Positions 27,627-38,026 of a stretch of DNA of 64,000 bases are shown here, in pieces; position 1 is the stretch's first letter, and the number at the start of each line of letters is the position of its first letter. Both the position numbers and the translations under genes were made by a program. The notes below the pieces were generated by a model. That model was given only the letters and a program-made list of their open reading frames with translations. It was not told the DNA's origin and searched no databases. Origin of the DNA: a virus. The stretch is taken from positions 1-64,000 of IMG/VR virus record IMGVR_UViG_3300042868_012782. One strand, written 5' to 3'.

Positions 27627-28157
27627 ATGTATCCCATGAGACAAGACCACAACTCAATCAAGGGACTTATTGAGTTGTGTCGTTCACTGATGGCTAAGAA
27701 AGAGATCCAAGATTTTGTTGAGGTGGGATCTTTTTGTGGGGAGTCGGCACTGCTGTTCCATGAACATCTCCCAGAGGCTAACATCTTTTGCATCGATCCC
27801 TGGGAGTCAGGTTATGACGGCAATGACGTTGCGAGTTCGCACGACATGAAAGCGGTAGAAGCCGCTTTCGATGAACGCACGTCGAATTGTGGTCGCGTCT
27901 TGAAAATGAAGGGGCAGTCTGAAGATTATGCCGATAGCTTCGACTTGGCGTCAGTTGACGCCGTCTATTTAGACGGATGCCATACATACGAAGCGATTAA
28001 GAAAGATCTGCAGTTTTGGCTACCTCGCTGTAAGCTTGCAATTTGTGGCCACGACTATACGTCAAATTGGCCAGGTGTCGTAGAAGCGGTTGATGAATTA
28101 ATTGGCACCCCAGATCTTTTGTTTTGTGACGGATCATGGATTAAGTGGTTGAACTGA
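27627..28157 (+). CDS. Class I SAM-dependent methyltransferase (Methyltransf_24-like)
   Basis: VEVGSFCGES...IDPW...YLDGCHTYE...CGHDY. Confidence 0.88.
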   Translation: MYPMRQDHNSIKGLIELCRSLMAKKEIQDFVEVGSFCGESALLFHEHLPEANIFCIDPWESGYDGNDVASSHDMKAVEAAFDERTSNCGRVLKMKGQSEDYADSFDLASVDAVYLDGCHTYEAIKKDLQFWLPRCKLAICGHDYTSNWPGVVEAVDELIGTPDLLFCDGSWIKWLN

Positions 28158-28167
28158 GGATACATTT

Positions 28168-28392
28168 GTGGTCGCTCGTTGCAGATCGTGCTCAAAATAT
28201 GTTGCTTACCCAGACGATCCAGGATCTTCTGCTGGACTCAAGCTTTATGCGGAAATTTTTCCTCAGAAGTGTCGATGCGGCAATGTGTATGTTGACCAAG
28301 ACGAGCAAAAAATTGCCTACGACGACTCATCGTCGGTATTAATTTGGAACACGGTGGATCAAGACTGGATGTCTATAGGGGCTGGATCGTGA
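28168..28392 (+). CDS. Small zinc-binding protein
   Basis: CRSC...CRCG. Confidence 0.55.
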   Translation: MVARCRSCSKYVAYPDDPGSSAGLKLYAEIFPQKCRCGNVYVDQDEQKIAYDDSSSVLIWNTVDQDWMSIGAGS

Positions 28393-28844
28393 GCCGCAAG
28401 CTTCAGGAATACGAGGCTGCTGCCGAGGCTGGTACTCGTCCCACTGGACTAAGGCTATTGTCTTATAAAATTTTGCATAACAAAAACGGTTTTTCTGCTA
28501 GTGTTAATATCGGTAATCACGAAACGCAAGAAGATGCAGAGCAGTTTATCCAAACGCTTTCTTGCCTAATGCATAATCAGTCCGAAAGAACGACTGACTA
28601 CGCAATGTGGTCGTTCAGTGCAGTTAGAGATAATCAATTTCAGTCTGCGTTTTCTGTGGGACCCACTTCTTATTTTGAACGATACGGGGAATTGGGTGGT
28701 GATCCAAATCCGCACTTTCAGCTTCCTTCATCCCTTGGTTTTGAGCACGTTGGCGAAAACGTGTTCTCGTTTTCTGGTCAAGAAACGGACGGGAGACAAC
28801 TCCTACTCAGGCTTGGATTAAGCGAAGTGTTCTTGGACGATTAG
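28389..28844 (+). CDS. Hypothetical protein
   Basis: GTGA overlap with the previous gene. Confidence 0.65.
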   Translation: MSRKLQEYEAAAEAGTRPTGLRLLSYKILHNKNGFSASVNIGNHETQEDAEQFIQTLSCLMHNQSERTTDYAMWSFSAVRDNQFQSAFSVGPTSYFERYGELGGDPNPHFQLPSSLGFEHVGENVFSFSGQETDGRQLLLRLGLSEVFLDD

Positions 28845-28886
28845 TCGTCGAATAAAATGTCTTGAGCAAAAATACAATAAGAAGAC

Positions 28887-28916
28887 TTGCATTTGTAAGC
28901 GGCCCCACGATATAGT
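28887..28916 (+). promoter_or_regulatory. Possible sigma70-type promoter
   Basis: TTGCAT-N18-TATAGT in the intergenic region. Confidence 0.35.
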
Positions 28917-28972
28917 TTTCCCAGACGTGGACACTATGTCTAACGTGGAACAAAACATGGTGGGGGCACCTA

Positions 28973-29491
28973 ATGAAAAGCAATAGCTTGAGTAAGGGTT
29001 TACAAGAGGGCAAGCCAAGCGCTGATGATCCTAGGAAGACTCCAGCGAAACCAGACGAGCGCAAGCGCGGAAGTAAGCGCAATCCTAAAGACTCGGCTAG
29101 TAAGCCGAATAACTCAATCGAAGTGTCAGAAGACACAGAAAAGAAAATTCGCGCGTTGATGCAAAAGCACAATGCTAGTGACTCGGAGTTTAAGGCTAGT
29201 ATGGCCATGCTAAAGTCTGTTTTTCGTCGTGGCGCAGGAGCCTTTAGCTCTTCTCACGCACCTGGAATGGATAGGACTAGGTGGGGACTAAAGCGGGTCG
29301 AGGCATTCTTGAGTTTGCTGCGGCGCGGCAGACCTGCAAATCCTAACTATAAGCAGGATAACGACTTGCTTCCTTCAGGTCATCCTAGATCTAGCAAGGA
29401 AAGTTCTCGGGGTTCCACTAGGCTTGATCGTTTTATATCTGAGCTTAAGACTTTTCTGAGTCTTGCAGAGAAGCGTTACGAGGACGAGTGA
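28973..29491 (+). CDS. Basic conserved phage hypothetical protein
   Basis: VFRRGAGAFSSSH.PG...W...RV.AFL. Confidence 0.75.
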   Translation: MKSNSLSKGLQEGKPSADDPRKTPAKPDERKRGSKRNPKDSASKPNNSIEVSEDTEKKIRALMQKHNASDSEFKASMAMLKSVFRRGAGAFSSSHAPGMDRTRWGLKRVEAFLSLLRRGRPANPNYKQDNDLLPSGHPRSSKESSRGSTRLDRFISELKTFLSLAEKRYEDE

Positions 29492-29913
29492 TGCAACTTT
29501 CACTTGAGTCCGACGGAGAATTTCGTTTTCTTGACGACTCAGGTCAGGTCGTTATTCCGCACGGAAAGACGCCGGACGACTTGCAAGAAATGTTGATGGA
29601 TCTACTTTTTGTATTGTCAACTTCCGAAGCGATAAGTGGAGAGCCTCGCGGTTCATGCTGGAAAGCAACGCGAGAAACTCACCTTGAGTCTAATCCTCGA
29701 TGCGCAGGCTGCTCAACTAAACGCAGCCTTTCTGTCCATCACAAAGTTCCATTTCATTTGGATCCGTCCAAGGAATGTGATCTTGTAAATCTGATAACCT
29801 TGTGCCCGGTATGCCATCTTATGCTGGGGCACCTCAAGAACTGGTCAAGTCACAACGTCGACGTCGAAGGTGACGCCGCCTGGTTTCTAGGTAAGGTAAG
29901 GGGAAGGCCATGA
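29488..29913 (+). CDS. HNH endonuclease
   Basis: CAGC...VHHKVP...NLITLCPVCH. Confidence 0.88.
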   Translation: MMQLSLESDGEFRFLDDSGQVVIPHGKTPDDLQEMLMDLLFVLSTSEAISGEPRGSCWKATRETHLESNPRCAGCSTKRSLSVHHKVPFHLDPSKECDLVNLITLCPVCHLMLGHLKNWSSHNVDVEGDAAWFLGKVRGRP

Positions 29914-30290
29914 AGAACGCTTTTTGGTTGCTCGCATTGGGTTGGGCTGCTCTGATATGGGGCGCGGTAATTCACCGTCGTGCAGAATCAGAGTATAAGC
30001 TTGTTCAAGACTGCTTGATGCTTGAGCGAGGAAGATCGTCATTGCTCCAAGACGAACTAGCTGAACTTGCGCGCAAGCCGACTTATGAGCAAGGCTATAG
30101 GGACGCAATTATACGGGCAGGAACACCTGACTCGCCAGGATCATATAAGGATGGATATTACGCAGGATTTCTTGCTGCTGGAGATGGGGGGTATTCGGAT
30201 GGATATCACGCTGCCATCGAGCAGTTTGGACACAAGGAACATCCGCGAGCTAAGCTTCCCGTTGTCGCTAAGATGGGGGGTGAAAAGTGA
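29910..30290 (+). CDS. Membrane-anchored protein with YxxGY repeats
   Basis: N-terminal TM; YEQGY, YKDGY, YSDGY. Confidence 0.7.
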   Translation: MKNAFWLLALGWAALIWGAVIHRRAESEYKLVQDCLMLERGRSSLLQDELAELARKPTYEQGYRDAIIRAGTPDSPGSYKDGYYAGFLAAGDGGYSDGYHAAIEQFGHKEHPRAKLPVVAKMGGEK

Positions 30291-30814
30291 GTATATTGGC
30301 TGTAAAACCCATACGCGAAGTCAGCGATGAGGAGTATGCTCAGGCTCTCCGTCAGTATACTCCTTGTCTAGTAAAAACGGCGTTTCGTTGGCATAGGTCT
30401 TTTGGAATCGATGAGGCCAGACATCTGGGAGCAATTGCGCTTTGGAGAGCAATGCAGTCCTACGACAGTGAAAGAGAGAGCAGAAAGGGTGACAGGGCGA
30501 ATTTTCTTACTCACCTGATGAATTACCTTCATTGGACATACTTAGAAGCCAATAAGGTTGAGCAGAGAGCGTTGTCGACTATGGATGTTAATCCTTCCTG
30601 TGTTACCGTTCTGCCTGAAGAAATCGACGATCGATTTGATGCAATAAAAAACCACCTCAATGAGCGCCAAAGAAAGGTAGTCGACTTGATTAGGGAAGGT
30701 AGGGATGTGACGTCGATCATGGTTGAGACCTCGCTGTCTAGGCAGCGTGTTCACCAGATATTTTCCGAGATACGACTCGTGCATATGAATCTGTCAAAGA
30801 TTGGTCGTTTCTAA
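30287..30814 (+). CDS. Phage sigma70/ECF-like RNA polymerase sigma factor
   Basis: Region 2 ALWRAMQSYD...F.T; region 4 LNERQRKVV...SRQRVHQI. Confidence 0.85.
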   Translation: MSILAVKPIREVSDEEYAQALRQYTPCLVKTAFRWHRSFGIDEARHLGAIALWRAMQSYDSERESRKGDRANFLTHLMNYLHWTYLEANKVEQRALSTMDVNPSCVTVLPEEIDDRFDAIKNHLNERQRKVVDLIREGRDVTSIMVETSLSRQRVHQIFSEIRLVHMNLSKIGRF

Positions 30815-30947
30815 CAATAAATGTTTTGTTGTCGTTAAATATTTAACAGGGCGCCTCCGTTAAGGGGGCGCTTATGCTATTGTGAAAATTGATTGCGTCA
30901 TTATAATTGACAGTGGTTCTAATAGAATTCTTCGCGGGAGTTTCCGC

Positions 30948-32069
30948 ATGAGTCGTGAGACTAATGGATTTAAGAATGTCAGCCGTCAATGGTTAGACAA
31001 GTGCATGACTTACGAACAGGGAATGCAGGCTTTGAGTTTAAAATCTGACAGCGAAGACCTTGAAGCTTCCATTGATCGCTTCAGTCCTAAATTGTTGAAT
31101 GGCAAAATGGCTTTGGTAGATTGCGAAAGTGGGCGCTCCTATATTCCCACCAGTCATTGCATGACTCAGCTTTCAAGGTGGGCGGGTGTTGGAACATTTT
31201 TGCCAGCTAAGCTGGCCGCTTCCAATGACGAACAAGACGCTGAAACACTCGTTAGAATTATGACGAACGGCCTTCGCCATGTTGATCGCAGCAAATCCAT
31301 GCTTTGGCGAACTAAGCGAGACGGCACGATGCGTGCTGTTCTAAGCGATCGCTACATGACGGTCAATAATCTGTGGGTTCTTCAATCAATCAGCAAGATT
31401 ATTCCTGGGGGACTGCTTTCTCACTGGCGCGGAGATGAAGATGCAATTTACGCCAACGTATTAATTCCCGACAAGATTCGATCTGAAAAAGATTCCGACT
31501 ACGGTGGCATGTTGTCTATTGGCAACAGCGAAATAGGCACCAGGCATCTTTCTAGCTTGCCCAGTGTTTTTAGATCCATATGCATGAATGGCTGCATATG
31601 GGATCGGACGTCTGGAATTGCTATGCGACTTCGACACAATGGACAGTTAGATTACGAGGTAATTTTTGAGTCAATGAAGGAACACATCAATTCACAAATT
31701 CCCATACTAGATGCTGGAGTTAATCAACTTCTATCAACTCGCAATATGGTGTGGGAGCATGGGGACATTTTGCCGTTGTTTGCTCAAATTTCTCAAGACT
31801 TTAAGGTGGCCCGACACCCCATGGCCATAGTAATTGATGCTTACGCCGAAGAGGTTGCGACCTCAGAAGATTCTACCAATACCTTGTTCGGAGTCATTAA
31901 CGCTGTGACAAGGGCTGGCCAGTCATTAGGAAACGAGATCTGGCATTCGTTTGATGTTCTTGGCGGTAGACTTTCAAACTATGGGGTTTCGGAATGGGAA
32001 TCATTAACTCAGCGCGCTCGATTTCTTTCGTCTTCGTCTATTGAGAAAGCCTTAGGCATAAGCCTATAA
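30948..32069 (+). CDS. DUF932-like protein
   Basis: RAVLSDRY...N...GNSEIG...RSICMNG. Confidence 0.7.
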   Translation: MSRETNGFKNVSRQWLDKCMTYEQGMQALSLKSDSEDLEASIDRFSPKLLNGKMALVDCESGRSYIPTSHCMTQLSRWAGVGTFLPAKLAASNDEQDAETLVRIMTNGLRHVDRSKSMLWRTKRDGTMRAVLSDRYMTVNNLWVLQSISKIIPGGLLSHWRGDEDAIYANVLIPDKIRSEKDSDYGGMLSIGNSEIGTRHLSSLPSVFRSICMNGCIWDRTSGIAMRLRHNGQLDYEVIFESMKEHINSQIPILDAGVNQLLSTRNMVWEHGDILPLFAQISQDFKVARHPMAIVIDAYAEEVATSEDSTNTLFGVINAVTRAGQSLGNEIWHSFDVLGGRLSNYGVSEWESLTQRARFLSSSSIEKALGISL

Positions 32070-32091
32070 TGTTTATGATTTGGAGAACAGA

Positions 32092-32367
32092 ATGTCGAAA
32101 AATAATTATCATATCGCTCCCGACGAGTTCATACTTGCTTGGGAAACTTCTGTCACGGTTGACGAAGTTGTCGAGAAGCTGGGTCGACTTACTGCAAGTA
32201 GGGGACATCTACCGATTCCTAAGGGTATTGTTTTGTCTAGAGCTTCTGCTTACCGCAATTCAGGGGTTAGGCTAAGAAAAATGCGCCGCAAGCATGGTCG
32301 CCCAATCGACGTAGATTCTCTAAATATGCTGATCGTCAAAATCAATAGTGAGACACAAGCTCGTTAA
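32092..32367 (+). CDS. Hypothetical basic protein
   Basis: GGAG RBS. Confidence 0.7.
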   Translation: MSKNNYHIAPDEFILAWETSVTVDEVVEKLGRLTASRGHLPIPKGIVLSRASAYRNSGVRLRKMRRKHGRPIDVDSLNMLIVKINSETQAR

Positions 32368-32439
32368 CAAGCAGCAGGCAAGATCGTCATAAATCCGGTG
32401 TATGCCTTATTGACCCGCATGCCTGACGAGGAACTTAAT

Positions 32440-32706
32440 ATGCCAGATCTTTATGGTAATCCCGTTGTTTCGGGGCAGATGATTCCGCATGGAAACGAAG
32501 CCTTGACCCAAAATACTCAGGTTATTACGGAGCAATTTTGGTCTGAGGCAAAATACGTCAAGAAGAAAGTTGCGTTTGGATCATTGTACAGCACATTACC
32601 CGTGGTGACCGAGTCAGTTGTCATGGGGCAGACCTCAATGCCCAACACCAATCAGCCTGCTGTCGCATCTCGCGGCTTCACTTGCTTGGGCGATTCAATC
32701 GTATAA
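32440..32706 (+). CDS. Hypothetical protein
   Basis: GAGG RBS. Confidence 0.65.
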   Translation: MPDLYGNPVVSGQMIPHGNEALTQNTQVITEQFWSEAKYVKKKVAFGSLYSTLPVVTESVVMGQTSMPNTNQPAVASRGFTCLGDSIV

Positions 32707-32726
32707 CCCCTAGTAGAGGCACCCAC

Positions 32727-33080
32727 ATGGATTTTTCGCTTTTGATTAAGAGACTTTTTGAAGCGCGTCAAGCAGCCCATCAGGCTCACCTGAAAACTAC
32801 TTCGTATGCTGCTCACAAGGCACTAAATGAATTTTACGATGGCATACTTGGAATTGCGGATGAGCTAGCCGAAGTAGTCCAAGGCGAATTTGGCCTGATG
32901 GATCTCACCATCGGAGCTGTTGCAACTCCAGACGACTTCGTCTTTTACCTTAAAGAAATGGCTACAGTTCTTAAGGCTTCTGCACAACTTATTCCTGGCA
33001 TTCAGAGCTATCACTTAAATATTATTGACGAAGCTCTTGCACTAACATACAAAACCAACTACCTTCTGTCTCTCTCGTGA
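32727..33080 (+). CDS. Ferritin/Dps-like phage protein (DUF5856-like)
   Basis: H..HLKTTSYAAHKAL.EFY.....AD..AE..QG. Confidence 0.8.
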   Translation: MDFSLLIKRLFEARQAAHQAHLKTTSYAAHKALNEFYDGILGIADELAEVVQGEFGLMDLTIGAVATPDDFVFYLKEMATVLKASAQLIPGIQSYHLNIIDEALALTYKTNYLLSLS

Positions 33081-33274
33081 AATACGTAGAGGGTCAGGAC
33101 TATACTGTCGAAGGATCGTCTTGGATCTGGACGCGCAATTTTCTTTTCCGGCGTGGTTTTTGTTGCCATGCCGGATGCCGTAACTGCCCCTGGGCGGCAA
33201 ATGCATGTGGTGAGGAAGATCGAAATGATTCGTTATGTCAAAGCAGCCAGAAGGCCGTCGATCCGATTCAATAA
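33077..33274 (+). CDS. DUF5522-like Cys-rich protein
   Basis: RRGFCCHAGCRNCPW. Confidence 0.7.
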   Translation: MKYVEGQDYTVEGSSWIWTRNFLFRRGFCCHAGCRNCPWAANACGEEDRNDSLCQSSQKAVDPIQ

Positions 33275-33455
33275 TCCAACAGAAAGCATAATTTACAGTC
33301 TTACTCCTGATACTGCTTCTACGGTTCAAGAAATCGTAGACTTGGTCCATGCGAAAATGGAAATACATCCAGAAGATGGGGCATCTAAAGGGGTTCACGA
33401 GCTGCATCTGGCTACTCAGAATCTGATTGCTGCTGGATGGTTGAGGCCTGCCTAA
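33225..33455 (+). CDS. Hypothetical protein
   Basis: GAGG RBS. Confidence 0.55.
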   Translation: MIRYVKAARRPSIRFNNPTESIIYSLTPDTASTVQEIVDLVHAKMEIHPEDGASKGVHELHLATQNLIAAGWLRPA

Positions 33456-33517
33456 TGAGGTGACGCAACGGTGTATTTTGTGGTAGCAACTCCCACGATG
33501 TTTTTTAGGAGACTACC

Positions 33518-33859
33518 ATGGAGAATTTCGTTGCTGTCGCTGAACGCCTAGGAGTTTCTGCTGCCGTTCTTGTGGCTCTCCTATGGGCAACGTATAAATT
33601 CGCTGTCTGGTGTGCTGCTAAATTCAACTGGTTTTCGGAAAATGTTGTGGTCCCAGTAACCGCAAGACACATTCGTTTCATGGATGAAATCATCTCTGCG
33701 CACGACAAGGTCGGAGCTGCCGTAGAAAAAATACAAGAATCACAGGAAGTTCTTGTTGGGCATATGATTAACCTTCAGGGGGCAATACGCACAAACAGCA
33801 GACGCGTGGGCATTCTTGAAAGAGAAGCCGGGGTCGAGGAGAACGACGTCCGTAGCTGA
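33518..33859 (+). CDS. Membrane protein with C-terminal coiled coil (holin-like?)
   Basis: One N-terminal TM; AGGAG RBS. Confidence 0.7.
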   Translation: MENFVAVAERLGVSAAVLVALLWATYKFAVWCAAKFNWFSENVVVPVTARHIRFMDEIISAHDKVGAAVEKIQESQEVLVGHMINLQGAIRTNSRRVGILEREAGVEENDVRS

Positions 33860-34104
33860 GGGGGTGATCTGTGTACGAGATTCACGGTATCCCGCCAGAA
33901 AAAAAGAAGTCTGTTCTGCTGATGACCTACCCATCCGCTGGGATGGGTTGGCAATTGGCCCAAAAGAAATCCGCTCGCCTTGAGGAACAAGGATATCTTG
34001 AGTTGAAGGTTATAGAGTCTAAGAACAAATCTGCTAATTGATTCTGAATAGTCCATCCACTAACCTAACAGTCAGTATTCCAGCCAGGTTGTAGTGGGTG
34101 TCCC

Positions 34105-34818
34105 ATGCTTCCAATGGTGAGTTGTCTTTGTTCGACATACGGAAGAGTGCGCGCACTAGAAGAGGCCGTTCACTCTTTTCTGATGCAGGATTACGAAGGC
34201 CCTAAGGAATTGTTGATTCTTAACGATTTGGCTGATCAAGAACTTATATTTGATCATCCCGACGTTAGGATCGTCAACAGCAAAAACCGCATCGTTCCAT
34301 TAGGAGCAAAGTTTAATGAGGCTGCGCGGTTAGCCAAAGGCCGGATCTTCATGGTTTGGGAAGACGACGATATCTACCTACCTCACCGCATCTCCTACAG
34401 CGTGCAACATCTTAAGAATGGCTTATTTCACACGGGTCAGGGCTACTACGAACAATCCTATCGCAAGATTGTTCGATCGAATAACTTATTTCATGCCAAC
34501 CTTGCTATTAGTAATGATGTGTTTTGGTCTGTAGGTGGGTATGACCACTCTGACTGGTCAGGTATCGACACCACCCTATTCAATGCTCTTCGCAATAAGT
34601 ATGGGGAGTTTTCCTGCGAAATACCCAGCAAAGATGTTTTTTACATCTATCGGTGGGCCGCCATTAGCGATTATCATGCTAGCTACTGGAGTCAGTCTAA
34701 TGCTAGTACTATGGCTGCAGATTATGTTGGTGGGCGGATCTTGAGGGGGGAAATACCAACAGGGGTTGTGCAATTGCGTCCGCACTGGTCGTACGACTAC
34801 ATGGAGCTGCTACCGTGA
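34105..34818 (+). CDS. Glycosyltransferase family 2
   Basis: VSCLCSTYGR...QDY...ILND...WEDDDIYLP.RI. Confidence 0.9.
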   Translation: MLPMVSCLCSTYGRVRALEEAVHSFLMQDYEGPKELLILNDLADQELIFDHPDVRIVNSKNRIVPLGAKFNEAARLAKGRIFMVWEDDDIYLPHRISYSVQHLKNGLFHTGQGYYEQSYRKIVRSNNLFHANLAISNDVFWSVGGYDHSDWSGIDTTLFNALRNKYGEFSCEIPSKDVFYIYRWAAISDYHASYWSQSNASTMAADYVGGRILRGEIPTGVVQLRPHWSYDYMELLP

Positions 34819-35891
34819 TCAATTTGACAGCCCCAGTTAACTCCCTGGGTTACGGTGTCGTTGGTGTGGGTCTTGCTAAGGCCCTGCGCTCATTGGGCGC
34901 TGCTCCTGCCTTGTTTCCGATCGGTCCTGTCGATTGTTCTTCGGACGATCGCTCAATCTTGCAGGAGCTTGTGTCTGCCTCGCTGCGGTATGATCCGAAA
35001 GCTCCATCTCTACGCTTGTGGCACGCCTGGGAAATGGCTCAGCATCCGACTCGAGGCATTAGATCTGGCGCAACATTCTTTGAGTTAGATAGGCTTCGCC
35101 CTGATGAAGTTCATCAGATGAATCAGCTAGATCTAATTTTTTCTTTTGGTGTTTGGTCAGCTGGAGTTATGCGCAATTCTGGTGTGACTACGCCCATGTG
35201 CGAAATTCATTGTGGAGTTGACACAAGCATTTTCTTGCCCACCCCATTGCCTAAAGATGGCCCCACTGTGTTCGTTAACGCTGGCAAGTGGGAGATACGC
35301 AAGGGCCACGACATCCTGCTGTTGGCGTTCACCAAGGCGTTTCGTTCCGACGATGATGTTCGCCTAATTATGCTGTGCGACAATCCGTTTCTTTCGCCAT
35401 CGGAATCTGCCGAATGGGTTCGATATTATAAGGATCACCCCCTCGGCGACAAGGTGGTGGTGGTTCCGAGGCAGCCAACCCATCGAGATGTTGCTAGTAT
35501 TTTTGCTCAAGCCCATTGTGGCGTTTTTCCGTCGCGTGGCGAGGGCTGGAACATGGAGGCAATGGAGCTAATGGCAATGGGGCGACACGTCATTGCGACA
35601 GATGCTTCTGCGCACGCAGATTACATGGGATCTGAAAATGCTATGTTGGTTCCTGTGGGATTACCTGAGTATGCATTCGATGGAAAATGGTTCTCTGGGC
35701 AGGGAATGTGGGCGTCCATTCCAGACTCTTCTGTTGCCGAGTTTGCTAGCAACATGAGGCATGTTCACGAGCGACAAAAAAAAGGACTTCTTATGCCGAA
35801 TATTGCGGGGACAGAGACTTGTCGCATTCTAAGTTGGGAATCGGCAGCACTGAAGATTATTAAAGAATTGGGGGTGGTTTGTGCTGTGTGA
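34815..35891 (+). CDS. Glycosyltransferase family 4 (GT-B)
   Basis: GVD...F; GKWEIRKGHD.L; PSRGEGWNM..MELMAMG. Confidence 0.92.
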   Translation: MINLTAPVNSLGYGVVGVGLAKALRSLGAAPALFPIGPVDCSSDDRSILQELVSASLRYDPKAPSLRLWHAWEMAQHPTRGIRSGATFFELDRLRPDEVHQMNQLDLIFSFGVWSAGVMRNSGVTTPMCEIHCGVDTSIFLPTPLPKDGPTVFVNAGKWEIRKGHDILLLAFTKAFRSDDDVRLIMLCDNPFLSPSESAEWVRYYKDHPLGDKVVVVPRQPTHRDVASIFAQAHCGVFPSRGEGWNMEAMELMAMGRHVIATDASAHADYMGSENAMLVPVGLPEYAFDGKWFSGQGMWASIPDSSVAEFASNMRHVHERQKKGLLMPNIAGTETCRILSWESAALKIIKELGVVCAV

Positions 35892-36288
35892 TTTAAAGGT
35901 TGGCGTGTCTCTCGCATGCATACCGTTCAGCCTCTCTCATGTGAGCGAAATCAAGTTCCTGGTGAAAACTACACCCACAGAGATGCCGACGATAAGTATT
36001 TTGCCGGGAGAAGATGTGATCGTGGCGGCATCTAATTTGCTGCATCGTCTAGTGGGTGTTAAGGCCCGAATCGAAGATAGGGGTTGGGTCGATCTTAAAT
36101 TGTCTTCCTGCCTAACGATTTCTTCTGATCCTTGGTCGGTTGTTTTGGTTTATGGCGGAATGGTTCCGGACGAACTTCCAGTAGTAGAGGAGGGATACGC
36201 ATGGATGAGTTGGGAAAGCCTAAAAAAACCAGGGGTCGTCGATCCGCGACTAGCCCAGGCAATGGTCTTTGCAGCACAGCGAATGTGA
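35881..36288 (+). CDS. Hypothetical protein
   Basis: Operon context. Confidence 0.65.
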   Translation: MLCDLKVGVSLACIPFSLSHVSEIKFLVKTTPTEMPTISILPGEDVIVAASNLLHRLVGVKARIEDRGWVDLKLSSCLTISSDPWSVVLVYGGMVPDELPVVEEGYAWMSWESLKKPGVVDPRLAQAMVFAAQRM

Positions 36289-36602
36289 TTGGTATTTCGC
36301 TTCAAATTCAAGGTGAAGAATTTGAGATCAAATTCGACATGCCAGATTCAGTATCGGACAAACAAAAAATTGAAAATGCTGAGAAGATGGGGCACTTCAT
36401 CGGCATATTACAACAAGGTAAGCTAGCATCTCTCTTAACTTATTCCGCAGCGAAGTGGGGGATTGTTGGCAGACGAGACGATGAGGCTCAGATAATGATC
36501 GGAGCTATGCACGTCAGTATGAATCTGAACATGATTGACGGCAAGATTGTCGACCCACCTCTTGTGTCTCCTATGGACGCATTCGTGATGAGGAAAGAGT
36601 AG
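36285..36602 (+). CDS. Hypothetical protein
   Basis: GTGA coupling. Confidence 0.6.
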   Translation: MIGISLQIQGEEFEIKFDMPDSVSDKQKIENAEKMGHFIGILQQGKLASLLTYSAAKWGIVGRRDDEAQIMIGAMHVSMNLNMIDGKIVDPPLVSPMDAFVMRKE

Positions 36603-36604
36603 TC

Positions 36605-37408
36605 ATGATTAGTGCTCGCATTATTGCCGACAGCATTAGCACCGTCGGCATCCGCATCACCACCATGGTGGTTCGGTTTCCGCGGTTTATTTTGGCTGAG
36701 TTCAACACTCACCGAAAGTTTTCGCGCAACGCTGCTAGTAGTCGAGCCATACCCACAACAAAGATCATTCGTCAGATCCTAGAAGATCCGGCAATGCCAG
36801 TGTTCTGGGGGAAAAATCAATCCGGCATGCAGGCCTGGTCCGAAATGTCTTCTGGCGATCAGGGGGTAGCCGAAACAATTTGGCTTCAGGCTCGAGATTT
36901 AGCCGTCAATAAAGCTAAGGAATTGTTGTCTATAGATTGCCACAAGCAGATCGTCAACAGGATACTGGAGCCGTGGATTATGACGACTGTCCTCGTGACA
37001 GCTACTGAATGGCAGAACTTCTTTCGATTGCGCTGTCATCCTGACGCTCAACCGGAAATGCGAGTTTTGGCCGAGGCAATAAAAGTAGAATATGATCGAA
37101 GTCGCCCGATCGATGTTCCAATAGGAGGCTGGCATATTCCGTTTGGCGATAAGATGCCGGAAGGTGTTTCTGAAAGTGATCGACTAAAAGTTGCTACTGC
37201 CCGTGCCGCCAGGCTGAGCTATGAGTCCTTTGACAATGAGACTTCTGTCAGCAAAGATTTGGAACTACACGATCGACTAGCAAGCTCGGGACACTGGTCT
37301 CCATTTGAGCATTCCGCTAAGGCGATGTACAATCCGTTCGAGGGATCTGGCAACTTTGATGCCTGGATGCAATACCGGAAATTTTTTCCGGGGGAGGCAG
37401 GGCGATGA
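36605..37408 (+). CDS. thyX: FAD-dependent thymidylate synthase
   Basis: AEFNTHRKFSRNAASSRA; NFFRLR.HPDAQPE; ARLSY; HWSPFEH. Confidence 0.93.
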   Translation: MISARIIADSISTVGIRITTMVVRFPRFILAEFNTHRKFSRNAASSRAIPTTKIIRQILEDPAMPVFWGKNQSGMQAWSEMSSGDQGVAETIWLQARDLAVNKAKELLSIDCHKQIVNRILEPWIMTTVLVTATEWQNFFRLRCHPDAQPEMRVLAEAIKVEYDRSRPIDVPIGGWHIPFGDKMPEGVSESDRLKVATARAARLSYESFDNETSVSKDLELHDRLASSGHWSPFEHSAKAMYNPFEGSGNFDAWMQYRKFFPGEAGR

Positions 37409-38022
37409 AGAGAAAAATTCAGTGGCTGAAGTGGCAGGATCCTTTGCGTTGGCGAGAAAGCAACGACCCTGAGGAATCTGGAGAACAATCGACGATCGAC
37501 TCCTTTGAGGGGGAAGGAGAAGAGGAGCATGCTCGTCACGTACGCATGTTGGCAGGCCCCTACGGATTGTTGCCCATAGGTGAACATGGTCTATCAAGTA
37601 AATTGTACAAGTTGTGGGTTGGACATACAAACTTTGATATTACTTCCGCAATTGCAACCAAAATCTCGCAAGTTGATGGCGTTGAAATTCTCAGGATCTG
37701 GACGCGGTATCGTATGTGGGTGGGTATTGCCAACCTCTTCAATACTCAGGATGTTCAACGCTCAATAGAAAGAGAACTTTGCGAGGAAGTTCAGCGAGCA
37801 ATTCCTCTGCCTAAGCCTCCACCCGACGTTTCTCAAAAACAAGAAGCGGCAGTTATGCTTCTTGAAAAGAAACTTATCAGTGACTACTCAGACATGGAGT
37901 GGATTATTTACTGCGATACCGATGGAAGCTTAACTTACACGGTTGGTGAAGATCGTCAGAGTTTGATGGAACGAATCTGGGAAAAAGGGTTGGAAGCAAA
38001 TGTCCTCTCCAAGAGTTGGTGA
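37405..38022 (+). CDS. Hypothetical protein
   Basis: ATGA coupling; 205 aa. Confidence 0.8.
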   Translation: MKRKIQWLKWQDPLRWRESNDPEESGEQSTIDSFEGEGEEEHARHVRMLAGPYGLLPIGEHGLSSKLYKLWVGHTNFDITSAIATKISQVDGVEILRIWTRYRMWVGIANLFNTQDVQRSIERELCEEVQRAIPLPKPPPDVSQKQEAAVMLLEKKLISDYSDMEWIIYCDTDGSLTYTVGEDRQSLMERIWEKGLEANVLSKSW

Positions 38023-38026
38023 TATT